Source: an uncultured Bacilli bacterium
Lineage (GTDB): Bacteria; Bacillota_I; Bacilli_A; RF39; UBA660
Direction: 5' to 3'
NCBI GenBank assembly: GCA_934167485.1
Contig: CAKPKL010000002.1
Span: 83,027 to 147,026, forward strand
DNA: 64,000 nucleotides
Positions 15,808 through 26,908 of this stretch are shown in pieces. How positions within the stretch are numbered: position 1 is the first letter of the stretch; every line of letters begins with the position of its first letter. A program made the position numbers and the translations under genes. The notes beneath the pieces were generated by a model, which saw only the letters and a list, made by a program, of their open reading frames with translations, was not told the origin of the DNA and ran no database searches.

Positions 15808-18021
15808 TTATTTATTATACAATTTATTAGTTAATTTTTCTAATAAATTAGTTTTTCTAGAATATTCTATAGTTTTTTTTATACCAAACATAAATGCGTT
15901 AGGATCTCCTATTATTATCAATCTTTTTTTAGCACGTGTTATTCCTGTATAAATTAACTTTTTATAAAGCATTCTTTTATAGGATAAACAAATTGGCATT
16001 ATTACAAGTTCAAATTCACTACCTTGACTTTTATGTATACTTATAATAAATCCATGTTTAAATTTATTAAAATCTTTTGATTGATATGTAACAATAGTTC
16101 CATAATAATCTATTGTAATCTCAGGATGTCCACTCTTTCCTTTATAATTTATATCTTTTATTACACCTATATCACCATTAAATACATTATTATCTGGATC
16201 ATTAACAAGTTGTAGTATCTTATCATTTTCTCTAAAAATAACATCTCCATACTTTATTTCTTTACATCCTACACAAGATGGATTAAATACATCTTGTAAA
16301 ACTTTATTTATATTATCTATTCCATTTACACCAGCGTACATCGGAGCCATTATTTGTACTCTTTTATAATCATAGCCTTTACTTATTACTTTTTTTACTA
16401 TATTTACTAAACTAGGAACAATAGCATCACTTGAACATTCTAAAAATTTATAATCATCTCGATCTATTAAAAAATCATCTTCTAAAGTTTCATTTTTTAT
16501 TTCATTAGCAAGCACAGGTATATAACTAGACTCATCTTGTCTATATAATAAATCAAGTTCAACTACATCAATAATATCACTATCTATTAAATCTTTTAAA
16601 ACATTGCCACTACCAACACTAGGCAATTGATTATAATCTCCTACTAATACTAACTTAATATTATTTGTAAGTCCTTTAAGTAAACTACTCATTAAATGAT
16701 TATCTATCATACTAACTTCATCTACTATTATTAAATTAGAAAAATCTGGGTTATATTCATTAACCATAAACTCATCTGTTTCTTTATTCCATTTTAAAAA
16801 TCTATGAATTGTAGTAGCTGGTAAATTAGTAGATTCACTCATACGTTTACTTGCTCTTCCTGTGGGCGCTAAAAGTGCGATAGAATTTATTAATTCTTTG
16901 AGTTCTAATTTATTTAATTTCTTATACAAATCGACTATAGCTTTTATTATAGTAGTTTTTCCTGTACCAGGACCTCCAGTTACAATTACTATATTGTTTT
17001 CTAAAGCTTTTATTATAGCCTCTTCTTGCCTAGGACTATACTTAATTTCATATTTATCTTCTAACTCTTTTATCCTTAAATCTAAATTTTTATATTTACT
17101 AACAGGTTTATTTATCAAATAATTAACTTTAGAAGCTATATATTCTTCAGATTCATATTCATCAAAAATATAGTATCTATCTTCTTCTATTTTTATTTTC
17201 AATTCACCATCTAACTCATTTATAGCCTCATCAAAAAGATCACTAGATATATCTGTTTTTAAATAATATGAAACTCCTTCATATATTTCATTTATATATA
17301 AATATGTGTCTCCTTTTGAAAAACTTATATTTTTCATAACATAAATAATACATGCTTTTATCCTATTTATATTATAATTATCTTCATTTATTTTGGTTGC
17401 TATTTCATCTACTTTAGTAAAATTGATTTCATCTACATCATCTATTATTCTATATATATTATTCTCAATTATTCTAATTGTATTACTCTTATACATATTA
17501 TAAATAGAAAGTGAATCTCTCATAGAAAAACCTAATTCTGTTAATTTTACAATTATTTCATGTGATTCTTCATATTTTACTAATGTATCATAAATTATAT
17601 TTATTTTTTCTTCAGATAGTTTTGGTACTTGATAAAGACAAGTTTTATCTTTTAAAATCATATCAAGAGTTTTATCACCTAAAATATTTACTATTCTAGT
17701 TGCCATTTTTTCTCCAATACCTTTAAAAAGATCACTAGATAAAAATTCTATAATACCATCTTTATCATCTGGTTTAATTCTCTCACTATTAGTAACATTA
17801 TATTGAAATCCATATTTAGGATGATTTACAATCTCACCATACATAATATATTTTTCATTAAGATTTAAATCTGCAAAATAACCTGTAAAAGTAATAGTCT
17901 TATTTATATAATCTTGCATTTCTACCATATTTGTTTCAGTAACTTTTAAAAGACCTATTATATAGCCTTTGTCACTTTTAAATATAATTTGTCTAAATAT
18001 TCCTTTTACATAATCTTGCAT
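15808..18021 (-). CDS. recD2: SF1B ATP-dependent DNA helicase RecD2
   Basis: 737 aa. Motifs GGPGTGKTT, IVDEVSM, VGDYNQLPSVG and SIHKSQGSEF. Confidence 0.9.
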   Translation of the reverse strand: MQDYVKGIFRQIIFKSDKGYIIGLLKVTETNMVEMQDYINKTITFTGYFADLNLNEKYIMYGEIVNHPKYGFQYNVTNSERIKPDDKDGIIEFLSSDLFKGIGEKMATRIVNILGDKTLDMILKDKTCLYQVPKLSEEKINIIYDTLVKYEESHEIIVKLTELGFSMRDSLSIYNMYKSNTIRIIENNIYRIIDDVDEINFTKVDEIATKINEDNYNINRIKACIIYVMKNISFSKGDTYLYINEIYEGVSYYLKTDISSDLFDEAINELDGELKIKIEEDRYYIFDEYESEEYIASKVNYLINKPVSKYKNLDLRIKELEDKYEIKYSPRQEEAIIKALENNIVIVTGGPGTGKTTIIKAIVDLYKKLNKLELKELINSIALLAPTGRASKRMSESTNLPATTIHRFLKWNKETDEFMVNEYNPDFSNLIIVDEVSMIDNHLMSSLLKGLTNNIKLVLVGDYNQLPSVGSGNVLKDLIDSDIIDVVELDLLYRQDESSYIPVLANEIKNETLEDDFLIDRDDYKFLECSSDAIVPSLVNIVKKVISKGYDYKRVQIMAPMYAGVNGIDNINKVLQDVFNPSCVGCKEIKYGDVIFRENDKILQLVNDPDNNVFNGDIGVIKDINYKGKSGHPEITIDYYGTIVTYQSKDFNKFKHGFIISIHKSQGSEFELVIMPICLSYKRMLYKKLIYTGITRAKKRLIIIGDPNAFMFGIKKTIEYSRKTNLLEKLTNKLYNK

Positions 18022-18060
18022 TTTATCACCAATAAATATTATAACATAAAAATAAAAGAG

Positions 18061-18462
18061 TTAAACTCTTTTATTAATTATATCGTTATATGCATCTAGG
18101 ATTTTATCAGTTAGAATTTTTCTTTTTTGTTTATTCTTTTCTAATTTAAGTTCATTCATACTACACTTTAATATATTTAACAATTCTTCTTTAGTATATT
18201 CTTTTTCACTAACTCCTAAAACTTTATATGGATTATATTCATCCCAAAACAATTTAGGCTCATTTACTTTAGGTTTATTTTTATAATACATACATAATGC
18301 CTTATAAAATAAAATTATTTCTTCATTTGTTAAATATTTATTTAAAAATTCACTATCTAAATCTTCAAATTTTTTACTATTTTTTTTCATTACAATCATT
18401 AAATATTTAATATGTTGCAATTGTTCTATATTCATATTTTCAAATTGATCCATTTGCATCAC
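18061..18462 (-). CDS. hypothetical protein with J-domain-like segment lacking HPD (paralogue 1)
   Basis: 133 aa; ...WDEYNPYKVLGVSEKEYTKEEL...LDAYNDI. Confidence 0.5.
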   Translation of the reverse strand: MMQMDQFENMNIEQLQHIKYLMIVMKKNSKKFEDLDSEFLNKYLTNEEIILFYKALCMYYKNKPKVNEPKLFWDEYNPYKVLGVSEKEYTKEELLNILKCSMNELKLEKNKQKRKILTDKILDAYNDIINKRV

Positions 18463-18500
18463 CGAGAAAATATATTACTAAATTAAATCTTATTTGTCAA

Positions 18501-18887
18501 TTATTTTATCTTAGTTTTATCTATTTCATTGAATGCATCTAATACTTCATCTATCAATTTTTTTTGAATTTCTATATCTTTTTCTTGTTTTTGTAATTCT
18601 AAAATTTTTAAATTTAAAGCATTTACTAATTCTTCATGTGTGTAATCAAAATTTTCGAGTCCCAATACATCATATGGATTATACTCTTTCCAAGATATTT
18701 TGTTTGATCTTGTACTCACTACTTTATTTTGTAAATTTGATTGTTTTAAATAATAGTTTAAAATAATTTGCTCTCCTGTATTTAAATAATCATCTATTAC
18801 ATCTTTTGACAAAAATAAAGTATTTCTTTCTTTTAATATTTTTATAATTCTTTTTACTTTTACTAAATCTACTTTTTCAACGTACAT
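18501..18887 (-). CDS. hypothetical protein with J-domain-like segment lacking HPD (paralogue 2)
   Basis: 128 aa; ...WKEYNPYDVLGLENFDYTHEEL...LDAFNEI. Collinear with the neighbouring ORF. Confidence 0.5.
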   Translation of the reverse strand: MYVEKVDLVKVKRIIKILKERNTLFLSKDVIDDYLNTGEQIILNYYLKQSNLQNKVVSTRSNKISWKEYNPYDVLGLENFDYTHEELVNALNLKILELQKQEKDIEIQKKLIDEVLDAFNEIDKTKIK

Positions 18888-18890
18888 AAA

Positions 18891-20078
18891 TTATTCATCC
18901 GCCAAATTGTCAAAATATCCTTGAATAAATACAACAGGTGTACCTTTATCTCCACTACCACTAGTTAAATCACAAAGTGAACCTATTAAATCAGTTATTC
19001 TTCTTGGAGTAGTTCCTTGCGTTATCATTTGACCTTTTAAATCCTTATCTTTATTTCTTATTTCTTCTTTAATAGCATTTTTTAATTCTTCGCCTTTTAA
19101 ATTAGCAAATTTATTATCTGATACATATTTAAGTTTTATTTCGTTTGGAGTTCCATCTAAACCACTAGTGTGTGCAGGCGAAACTACTGGATCGGCAAGT
19201 TCCCAAATATGTCCAACAGGATCTTTGAATGCTCCATCACCATATACCATTACTTCTATATTTTTACCAGTTAAATCTTTTAATTTAGATTGAATATCTA
19301 AAACTAACTTATCACCTGTTTTTGGAAATAACTTTAATCTTTCCTCTGTTGATTTATTAGAACCTAAAAGTCCATAATCTGGATTAAATCCACTACCATT
19401 AATAGATTTATTCATAACTTCATAAAGTCCATAAACAGTATGAGCCCCTGAATTTTCTAATATTCTTTTTGTACGTAATCTTGTATGAATATCACAGTTA
19501 AGTACATCATGAGTATAGTTTAGTATTTCTTTTGGATCATTAGCAAACACAAACTCTACTTTACAATTCTCACTTTCAATTAATTCTCTATAAAAATCTA
19601 CCATATTGATACCAGTAAATGGATGTATCCAAGAACCAAAAGTTTCTTTATATTCATCTTCTGTTATAACACTTGATAAATTATACTTACTTTTATCTAA
19701 TAAATCTTCATCTAAAATTCCATTACCAACTTCATCTGATGGAAAACTAAGTAACATAGTAATTTTATCCATACCACGTGCTATACCTTTTAAAATAATA
19801 GAAAATCTATTACGACTTAATATTGGAAATACAACCCCAATATTTTTACTTGGAAATTTATTTTGTACGTCCAAAGCAACATCATCAACAGTAACATAAT
19901 TACCTTCACTAATTCCAACAACTGCCTCAGTTATAGCAACTACATCCCTATCTCTAAATTCAAATCCTTCACTTTCTTTAGCTTTCATAAGTGAATCTAC
20001 AACTATATTAGCTAAATCATCATGTTCTTTTATTATAGGTGTTCTTATACCTCTAACAACAGTACCTACACATCTCAT
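18891..20078 (-). CDS. CofE-like (F420-0:gamma-glutamyl ligase family) protein
   Basis: Start moved to MRCVGTVVRGIRTPII (AGGAGG SD). The N-terminal pattern resembles the CofE fold. From memory only. Confidence 0.5.
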   Translation of the reverse strand: MRCVGTVVRGIRTPIIKEHDDLANIVVDSLMKAKESEGFEFRDRDVVAITEAVVGISEGNYVTVDDVALDVQNKFPSKNIGVVFPILSRNRFSIILKGIARGMDKITMLLSFPSDEVGNGILDEDLLDKSKYNLSSVITEDEYKETFGSWIHPFTGINMVDFYRELIESENCKVEFVFANDPKEILNYTHDVLNCDIHTRLRTKRILENSGAHTVYGLYEVMNKSINGSGFNPDYGLLGSNKSTEERLKLFPKTGDKLVLDIQSKLKDLTGKNIEVMVYGDGAFKDPVGHIWELADPVVSPAHTSGLDGTPNEIKLKYVSDNKFANLKGEELKNAIKEEIRNKDKDLKGQMITQGTTPRRITDLIGSLCDLTSGSGDKGTPVVFIQGYFDNLADE

Positions 20079-20115
20079 ATTTATTCCTCCTATCATAAGT
20101 AAATTATAGCACATC

Positions 20116-20143
20116 AAAAAAAATAAGTAAATAAAACTACTTA
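20116..20143 (-). terminator. rho-independent terminator after miaA
   Basis: Minus strand TAAGTA-GTTTTATT-TACTTA followed by T8. Confidence 0.6.
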
Positions 20144-20162
20144 CTTATAAATTTAGTTTACA

Positions 20163-21050
20163 TTACAATATATTAGATTTTGATAAATATTTTAAAATTT
20201 CATTAACTGTTGTATTAAAACACTTAAAATTTACATTAAACCACTTAACTGGTATTTGATGATTATTCCAAGTATATTGTCTTTTAGCATACCTTCTACT
20301 ATTTTGTTTTATAAGATCTAAAGATTCAACTAAAGTTATTTCACCATCAAAATATTTAAATAACTCTTTATATCCTATAGGAGTTAATACTGCTTTTGTT
20401 CTTATATTTGTATCATAAATTTTTTTAGCTTCTTCTAACAAACCATTCTCTACCATCATATCTACTCTTTTGTTAATTCTATTATATAAAATATCTCTAT
20501 CACAAGTAAGTCCTATAAAATATGTATCGTATAATAATTTATTAGTTTTTTCTTTAGAACTTAAAGTCTCATTATTTGAATAATAATAATCAAGAGCTCT
20601 TTCTATTCGTTTTCTATTGTTATGATGTATATTAGTATTAGGATCTATTTTTAATAGTTGTTGATAAAGTTCATCTAATGATAGCGAACTATAATCCTTT
20701 TTATTTAATTCTTCATTAAATTTATAATCATATAAGCATGCTTTTATATATAATCCTGTACCACCAACAAGTATTGGTGTTTTACCTCTTTTTAATATAT
20801 CGTCAATTACTTTTCTAGCATCTTTTTGATAATCGTATACTGTATAATCTTCTTCTATAGTTTTTATATCAAATAAGTAATGAGGTATTCCTTCTTTTTC
20901 CTTCTCAGTTATTTTAGCGGTTGCTACATCAAGGCCTTTATATACTTGTGTGCTATCAGCATTTATTATCTCACCATTTAATTTTTTAGCAAGTTCTACA
21001 CTTAACTTAGTTTTACCTACTCCCGTAGGTCCTACTATACAAATTACCAT
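20163..21050 (-). CDS. miaA: tRNA dimethylallyltransferase
   Basis: IVGPTGVGKT P-loop, GGTGLY motif, 295 aa. Confidence 0.95.
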   Translation of the reverse strand: MVICIVGPTGVGKTKLSVELAKKLNGEIINADSTQVYKGLDVATAKITEKEKEGIPHYLFDIKTIEEDYTVYDYQKDARKVIDDILKRGKTPILVGGTGLYIKACLYDYKFNEELNKKDYSSLSLDELYQQLLKIDPNTNIHHNNRKRIERALDYYYSNNETLSSKEKTNKLLYDTYFIGLTCDRDILYNRINKRVDMMVENGLLEEAKKIYDTNIRTKAVLTPIGYKELFKYFDGEITLVESLDLIKQNSRRYAKRQYTWNNHQIPVKWFNVNFKCFNTTVNEILKYLSKSNIL

Positions 21051-21053
21051 AAA

Positions 21054-21722
21054 TCACCTACTTATTATTTGTTTTATTTCTTCTGGTGTATTTACATCTG
21101 TTTTATAATATTTGTCTACATCTTCTTTTATTTGATATAGCATTTCACTTGCAGACATATCTAAGTGTAAATATTTTTGTGCCCTACTTAATATATAATT
21201 TGTATTATTACCTATTTTTATATTTTCACTAAATAATCTATAGAATATACCTTTATATGTTTTTATATTTCTTTTAGTTATTTCATCTTTACTATATATT
21301 GACATTTTATTATACTCATCAAAATCAATTATTGTAAATTTTTTACCATCATACATAAAGTTATTATCATGAAAATCATACATCATTATAAGTCCATTTG
21401 ATATATATTTAATATCTTTTTCTACCCTAATAGAATTAGTAGACATATCTAATATATTTGACTTTTCAAATGCCCTTTCCATTACTATACCAGGTGCTTT
21501 TTCTGTTATATAGCCATAAAACTTTTTATTATCATATACAAAATCAAATGGAAATGCCATTGAAGAGTTTTTATATTCTAATAAATACTTAAATCTATCT
21601 ATTTCTACTAAATTAAGAGGTTTACCAAATTCTTTATATACATTTCCATTTTCTAATGTATAACATTTGTTAAAAGCACCACTACCTAAAAATTTCTTTT
21701 TTCCTATTTCTTTTTTTTGCAT
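21054..21722 (-). CDS. small protein-kinase-like fold protein
   Basis: GSGAFNKCY glycine loop, FHDNNFM (HxDxxxxN-like) and IIDFD (DFG-like). Confidence 0.45.
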   Translation of the reverse strand: MQKKEIGKKKFLGSGAFNKCYTLENGNVYKEFGKPLNLVEIDRFKYLLEYKNSSMAFPFDFVYDNKKFYGYITEKAPGIVMERAFEKSNILDMSTNSIRVEKDIKYISNGLIMMYDFHDNNFMYDGKKFTIIDFDEYNKMSIYSKDEITKRNIKTYKGIFYRLFSENIKIGNNTNYILSRAQKYLHLDMSASEMLYQIKEDVDKYYKTDVNTPEEIKQIISR

Positions 21723-21728
21723 AAATAC

Positions 21729-22751
21729 CTACTTTATAAACATACTATCTCCAAATGAGAAAAATCTATATTCTTCTTTAACCGCTTCTTTATATGCATT
21801 CATTATATTTTCTTTACCAGCTAAAGCACTTACTAACATTATTAATGTACTTTTAGGTAAGTGAAAATTTGTTATTAATGAGTCTATTGCCTTAAATTTA
21901 TATCCAGGATATATAAATATATCTGTCCAGCCACTGCATTCTCTAAATTCACCATATAAATTCATTATTGTTTCAAGTGTCCTTGTAGATGTCGTACCAA
22001 CACTTATTATTCTTTTATGTTTCTTTTTAGCATCATTTAAAACATCAGCTACCTCTTTACTCATTTGATAAAACTCACTATGCATTTTATGTTTTGTTAC
22101 ATCTTCTACATTAACAGGCCTAAATGTTCCAAGTCCAACATGTAATGTTATATATTCCATTTTAATGCCTTTTGATTTTATTTTTTCTATTAAATCTTCT
22201 GTGAAATGTAATCCTGCTGTTGGTGCAGCTGCACTCCCTATATTTTTGGCGTATACAGTCTGATATCTATCTTTGTCTTTTAATTTTTCATGAATATATG
22301 GTGGTAACGGCATCTCTCCTAATTTATCTAATATTTCATAGAATATTCCTTTATAATTAAATTTAAATATTCTAATACCTTCTTCACCTAAACCTATACA
22401 TTCTGCATTTAATTCATCTGAAAATTTTACAACTGTACCTACCTTTACTCTTTTTGCTGGCTTTACTAAACATTCCCAAACATCTTTATTTTTTTCTTTT
22501 AACATAAGTATTTCTATTACTGCATTTGTTTCATTCTTAACACCGTAAAGTCTTGCAGGCATTACTTTTGTATCATTTAAAACTAATATATCATCCTTAT
22601 CTAAATAATCTATTATATCTGTAAAATGTTTATGTGTAATTTCTCCTGTTTCTTTATCCAATATTAATAATCTTGAAGAATCTCGTCTTTCTAAAGGTGT
22701 TTGTGCGATTAAATTTTCTGGTAGGTAAAAATCAAAATCATCAGTTTTCAT
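21729..22751 (-). CDS. queA: S-adenosylmethionine:tRNA ribosyltransferase-isomerase
   Basis: [24 protein letters not shown]..., PTAGLHFT, 340 aa. Confidence 0.95.
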   Translation of the reverse strand: MKTDDFDFYLPENLIAQTPLERRDSSRLLILDKETGEITHKHFTDIIDYLDKDDILVLNDTKVMPARLYGVKNETNAVIEILMLKEKNKDVWECLVKPAKRVKVGTVVKFSDELNAECIGLGEEGIRIFKFNYKGIFYEILDKLGEMPLPPYIHEKLKDKDRYQTVYAKNIGSAAAPTAGLHFTEDLIEKIKSKGIKMEYITLHVGLGTFRPVNVEDVTKHKMHSEFYQMSKEVADVLNDAKKKHKRIISVGTTSTRTLETIMNLYGEFRECSGWTDIFIYPGYKFKAIDSLITNFHLPKSTLIMLVSALAGKENIMNAYKEAVKEEYRFFSFGDSMFIK

Positions 22752-22815
22752 AATATCACTTCCAATGTATGTATTATATCACATAACATTAAAAAAAGGA
22801 ATTATTTTCAAATTC

Positions 22816-23529
22816 CTATATTGTTGATATACCACTACCACCCTTTTTATAAAAGTCTTCTACTAGTTTATAAATCTCTTCATCTCTATTACTTCTAAAA
22901 ATATCATGTGTTAAAAAGTTTACATAAACTAATTTTTTTTCTTTAGATTTTACACTATCATATACATATTTTACAGAAGTAAGTGGTACTAAATTATCAT
23001 TTTTTCCTTGTATTAATAGTATTGGGCATTTTACTTCTTTTGGATAATTATAATATTCTTTTATTAATGACATAAATTCTCTTATAGCACTTGGGTTTAA
23101 TTTAAGAAGTCTAGCAAATATTTCATCTCCACCATAAGTCTTTATTACTTTTGGAGTCATTTTAAGTGACTTTGTGACATTTAAATTATCTTTTATTACA
23201 TCTAAATATTGAAAAGCAGGTGCGGCTAAAACTAGTTTTTTTACTTCACTATATTTAGAAGCTAAGTATGTAGCAATTACTCCACCCATACTATGACCCA
23301 ATAAATAAATTTTGTTATAACCTTTACTTATTAACCACTCTATTTGTTTTTCACTTGCTCTAATCCATTCACTGTATTTAACCTTACTTAAATTTTTTTC
23401 ATGTCCTGGTAGTGTAAATTGATATACATCATAAAATTTATTAAGTTCTAGATAGTTTGCTAAAGCTTCTTCATCATAAGTACCTCCAGCAAATCCATGA
23501 ACTATTAAAATTGCTTTTCTAAATAACAT
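22816..23529 (-). CDS. alpha/beta hydrolase (carboxylesterase/lipase-type)
   Basis: HGFAG and GHSMGG nucleophile elbow, 237 aa. Confidence 0.75.
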   Translation of the reverse strand: MLFRKAILIVHGFAGGTYDEEALANYLELNKFYDVYQFTLPGHEKNLSKVKYSEWIRASEKQIEWLISKGYNKIYLLGHSMGGVIATYLASKYSEVKKLVLAAPAFQYLDVIKDNLNVTKSLKMTPKVIKTYGGDEIFARLLKLNPSAIREFMSLIKEYYNYPKEVKCPILLIQGKNDNLVPLTSVKYVYDSVKSKEKKLVYVNFLTHDIFRSNRDEEIYKLVEDFYKKGGSGISTI

Positions 23530-23573
23530 ATTATCACATCCTATTATTATCTTAACATAAAAATATTACTATT

Positions 23574-24176
23574 TCAAATTTTTATTGAATCATAGAAATT
23601 AGCCATAGTAACTTGAGTATAAGGAATTAACCATAAATAACCAATACCAAGAGTTAATGCTGCTAAAATTGACCATCCAATAAAACTTAACATCAACACA
23701 AAATAATCTGCCTTATGACCTTGCATCATATTTTTACTCATTTTTATTGCGTCCATAGCGCTCATATTGGGATTATCTAATAAAATATAAGGAACTTGTG
23801 AATAACTTATGGCTGCTATAATACCAGGAATTACAAGCAATAGTGACCAAAGGGTTACAAATATACTCATTAAAATAATAGATAATAGTGCAACACTAAA
23901 CATATTTGTCTTACTAAATAATTCCTTATAAGTTACTTGTTCTCCCCTAGATAACTTTAAATAAAAACTATTAAATCCTAACATTAGTAAAGAATTAATT
24001 ATTATACCAATTATTGATGTCATAGTATTACCTGTATATTCATTTCTGACTATAATCCCTACCATAATTCCAGATAATATTGAAACACATCCAAGTATAG
24101 CCACTACAATTATTGCTTCACCCCAATTATCTTTTAGTCTCATCTTAGCTTTTTCTTTTAATTCAGCTCTTGTCAT
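23574..24176 (-). CDS. DUF975-like integral membrane protein
   Basis: N-terminal RAELKEKAKMRLKDNWG, then 4-5 TM segments. From memory of the family. Confidence 0.55.
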   Translation of the reverse strand: MTRAELKEKAKMRLKDNWGEAIIVVAILGCVSILSGIMVGIIVRNEYTGNTMTSIIGIIINSLLMLGFNSFYLKLSRGEQVTYKELFSKTNMFSVALLSIILMSIFVTLWSLLLVIPGIIAAISYSQVPYILLDNPNMSAMDAIKMSKNMMQGHKADYFVLMLSFIGWSILAALTLGIGYLWLIPYTQVTMANFYDSIKI

Positions 24177-24251
24177 ATCAACACTCCTTTCTATTATAAA
24201 TTATACCATATCTTTTTAATTTATAAAAAAAATAGTAAAAAATTTACTATT

Positions 24252-24722
24252 CTAATTAATTGCTAAAATTTTAACGTCATATTTTCCATTTGGACTTTCA
24301 ACAGATACTACATCTCCTACTTTTAATCCTAAAATAGCTTTAGCTATTGGAGACTCATTTGATATTTTATTAGAAAAAGGATCTGCTTCTTGACTACCTA
24401 CTATAGAATATTCTTCTTGGTCTTCATCATCAACATACTCTATTGTCACCTTAGTACCTATAGAAACTACATCAGTATTAACTTTTTCTATAACTACTGC
24501 ACGTTCTAACATAACTTCTAACTCTTTTATTCTAGATTCCACTACTGCTTGTTCTGTTCTAGCTGCATCATATTCTGCATTCTCACTTAAATCACCTTGA
24601 GCTCTAGCATCTTTAAGAGCTGATATAACCTCAGGTCTTTTTACAAGCTTTAATTCCTCTAATTCTTTTTTTATTTCCTCTAATCCTTCTTCTGTTACAT
24701 ATAATTCTTTATCTTTTGACAT
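24252..24722 (-). CDS. greA: transcription elongation factor GreA
   Basis: 156 aa; GDLSENAEYDAA coiled-coil tip motif. Confidence 0.95.
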   Translation of the reverse strand: MSKDKELYVTEEGLEEIKKELEELKLVKRPEVISALKDARAQGDLSENAEYDAARTEQAVVESRIKELEVMLERAVVIEKVNTDVVSIGTKVTIEYVDDEDQEEYSIVGSQEADPFSNKISNESPIAKAILGLKVGDVVSVESPNGKYDVKILAIN

Positions 24723-24759
24723 AATCGTTCACCTCAATCTTTTCTTGTAAACATACAAA

Positions 24760-24788
24760 ATAATACTACATAAATTTAGTTTTGTCAA
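24760..24788 (-). promoter_or_regulatory. sigma-A type promoter of greA
   Basis: Minus strand TTGACA (24788-83), 17-nt spacer, TATTAT (24765-60). Confidence 0.6.
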
Positions 24789-25988
24789 CTATCTTTTAAT
24801 TCTTATCATATCATATGTATTTAATTTATTTTCTATACTAATTTTTACAATTTCTCTAGGATGTCTTACAACATCAATAATTTCATTATCAGCATTTATA
24901 ATTTTATCTATTTTATATACAATAGTATCATGATTTGGTCCAAATATTTCTACAATATCACCTTTTTTAAAATAATTTCTTTGTTCTATTGTAGCTATTT
25001 TAGTAGTCTCATCATAGTCTAATACTATCCCTAAAAAATCCTGATTAGATATCTCTTCTCTTCCATTATAATAACTACAATTTTCATCATAAACTCCGTT
25101 AAAGAATTGTGTTATTGAATCTCTATTAGCACAGTTAGAAAGTATTCTCTCATACTCCATATTATATGTATAATTTAATTTATCGTTACAATATTCATCT
25201 ATAACTTTTCTATATATTGAAACTACTGTAGCAATATAATATAAAGAACGCATTCTACCCTCTATTTTAAATGAAGCAATACCTATATCAATCATATCAG
25301 GTATATATTTTAACATAGATAAATCCTTAGAACAAAAAGTAAATGGTCTATCACCTTTTATTTGTTTTTTATTTTCATCTAATAAATCAAAATCCCATCT
25401 ACATATTTGACTACATCCTCCACGGTTAGCATCTCTATTAGTTAAAAAATTAGACATAACACATCTACCACTATAACCTGCACACATAGCACCATGTATA
25501 AATGTTTCAATTTCTATATCTACATTTTCAATTATTTCCTTTATTTCCTCTTTAGTACATTCTCTTCCAAGTACAATTCTACTTACTCCTTCACTTTTCC
25601 AATACTTACAAGCCTCTATATTTAAAGTACTTGCTTGTGTTGATAAGTGTATTTCTAGATTAGTATTTTTACGAGCAATATCAATAATAGTTGGATCACT
25701 TACTATTATTGCATCTACACCTATTTTTTCTATTGTTTTTAAATACTCTTTTATTTCCTTTATTTCTTCATTGTGTATCATTATATTAATAGTAACATAT
25801 ACTTTTTTATTTAATTTATGAGCAAATTCTACACCTTCTTTTATTTCTTCCATTGTAAAATTAATGGCGTTTGCTCTTAAGTTTAATAATGGTCCACCTA
25901 TATATACAGCATCTGCTCCATATAAAAGTGCTATCTTTAATCTTTCTAAATCACCTGCTGGAGATAATAATTCTGGTTTATTTATCAT
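24789..25988 (-). CDS. peptidase U32 family protein (YrrO/TrhP-like)
   Basis: 399 aa; PELLSPAG N-terminus, EGRMRS motif. Confidence 0.85.
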   Translation of the reverse strand: MINKPELLSPAGDLERLKIALLYGADAVYIGGPLLNLRANAINFTMEEIKEGVEFAHKLNKKVYVTINIMIHNEEIKEIKEYLKTIEKIGVDAIIVSDPTIIDIARKNTNLEIHLSTQASTLNIEACKYWKSEGVSRIVLGRECTKEEIKEIIENVDIEIETFIHGAMCAGYSGRCVMSNFLTNRDANRGGCSQICRWDFDLLDENKKQIKGDRPFTFCSKDLSMLKYIPDMIDIGIASFKIEGRMRSLYYIATVVSIYRKVIDEYCNDKLNYTYNMEYERILSNCANRDSITQFFNGVYDENCSYYNGREEISNQDFLGIVLDYDETTKIATIEQRNYFKKGDIVEIFGPNHDTIVYKIDKIINADNEIIDVVRHPREIVKISIENKLNTYDMIRIKR

Positions 25989-26838
25989 TTTTCTTCACCT
26001 TATATATTGTCTTTTTTTCTAAAAATCCCAAATCTACATTATTAAACATATTATTTATTTTATTATTACTATCCTCTATATTTTTACTATTAACATTTTT
26101 AAATAAATTAATAATACAAATAAATTTATTTAAATCAATATCTAAACTATTTAATACTATATAACAATCAAGTAAATCTAAACTATATTTTAATCCATTT
26201 AATATATTATTAGAATAACACATAGTTCCAATCTCTTTATCTATTATAGGATATATCTTATTTTCTTTTTCCATATAATTAATTTTTGAAGAGTCTTTTA
26301 ATTTAAAATAATTTAAGTAATTTTTAACTATATGTCTTTTAGATACAAACATAGGTAAATATCCAAATAAATTTACTAATAATGTTGATTTACTATTTTG
26401 TTTAATCTCTTTTATCTCTTCAAAAGTTATATCACTAGATAAATATGTGTATTTAGCACCTTTCCCATACCAATAATTAATTGTACTATAATTAGTTGTT
26501 GAATGTTCTTGTGACCATACTAATTCATAATTAGGTTTTATTTCTTTATATATTTGCAATATTGCAACATCATAATATAAAACACCTTTTATATTATAGT
26601 TATTTAGTTTAATCATAATATCTTTTAAACATTTTAAATCTATATTATGCATATTTTTATTTAACGAAATAAAAATATCTTTATCTTTATAATCATCTAA
26701 TATACTAATACTATTTATTGATATATTTAGATTAGTATTAACACTCATATTATCTATTCCAATTATAAAACCATCTATTATATTTAATGTTTTATTTATT
26801 TCATCTATACTTGATGGAATAGTTATTATTTTTGACAT
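25978..26838 (-). CDS. peptidase U32 family protein, second subunit type (YrrN-like)
   Basis: 286 aa. It overlaps the downstream U32 gene by 11 nt. The paired arrangement matches B. subtilis yrrN-yrrO. Confidence 0.65.
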   Translation of the reverse strand: MSKIITIPSSIDEINKTLNIIDGFIIGIDNMSVNTNLNISINSISILDDYKDKDIFISLNKNMHNIDLKCLKDIMIKLNNYNIKGVLYYDVAILQIYKEIKPNYELVWSQEHSTTNYSTINYWYGKGAKYTYLSSDITFEEIKEIKQNSKSTLLVNLFGYLPMFVSKRHIVKNYLNYFKLKDSSKINYMEKENKIYPIIDKEIGTMCYSNNILNGLKYSLDLLDCYIVLNSLDIDLNKFICIINLFKNVNSKNIEDSNNKINNMFNNVDLGFLEKKTIYKVKKNDK

Positions 26839-26849
26839 AACATCACCTC

Positions 26850-26878
26850 AAAAAAAAGACGTCTTTTTTAGACGTCTT
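26850..26878 (-). terminator. rho-independent terminator after the 329-aa gene
   Basis: AAGACGTCT-AAAAA-AGACGTCTT followed by TTTTTT on the minus strand. Confidence 0.65.
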
Positions 26879-26908
26879 AATATTAGCACACAATACTTAT
26901 TTTGTCAA

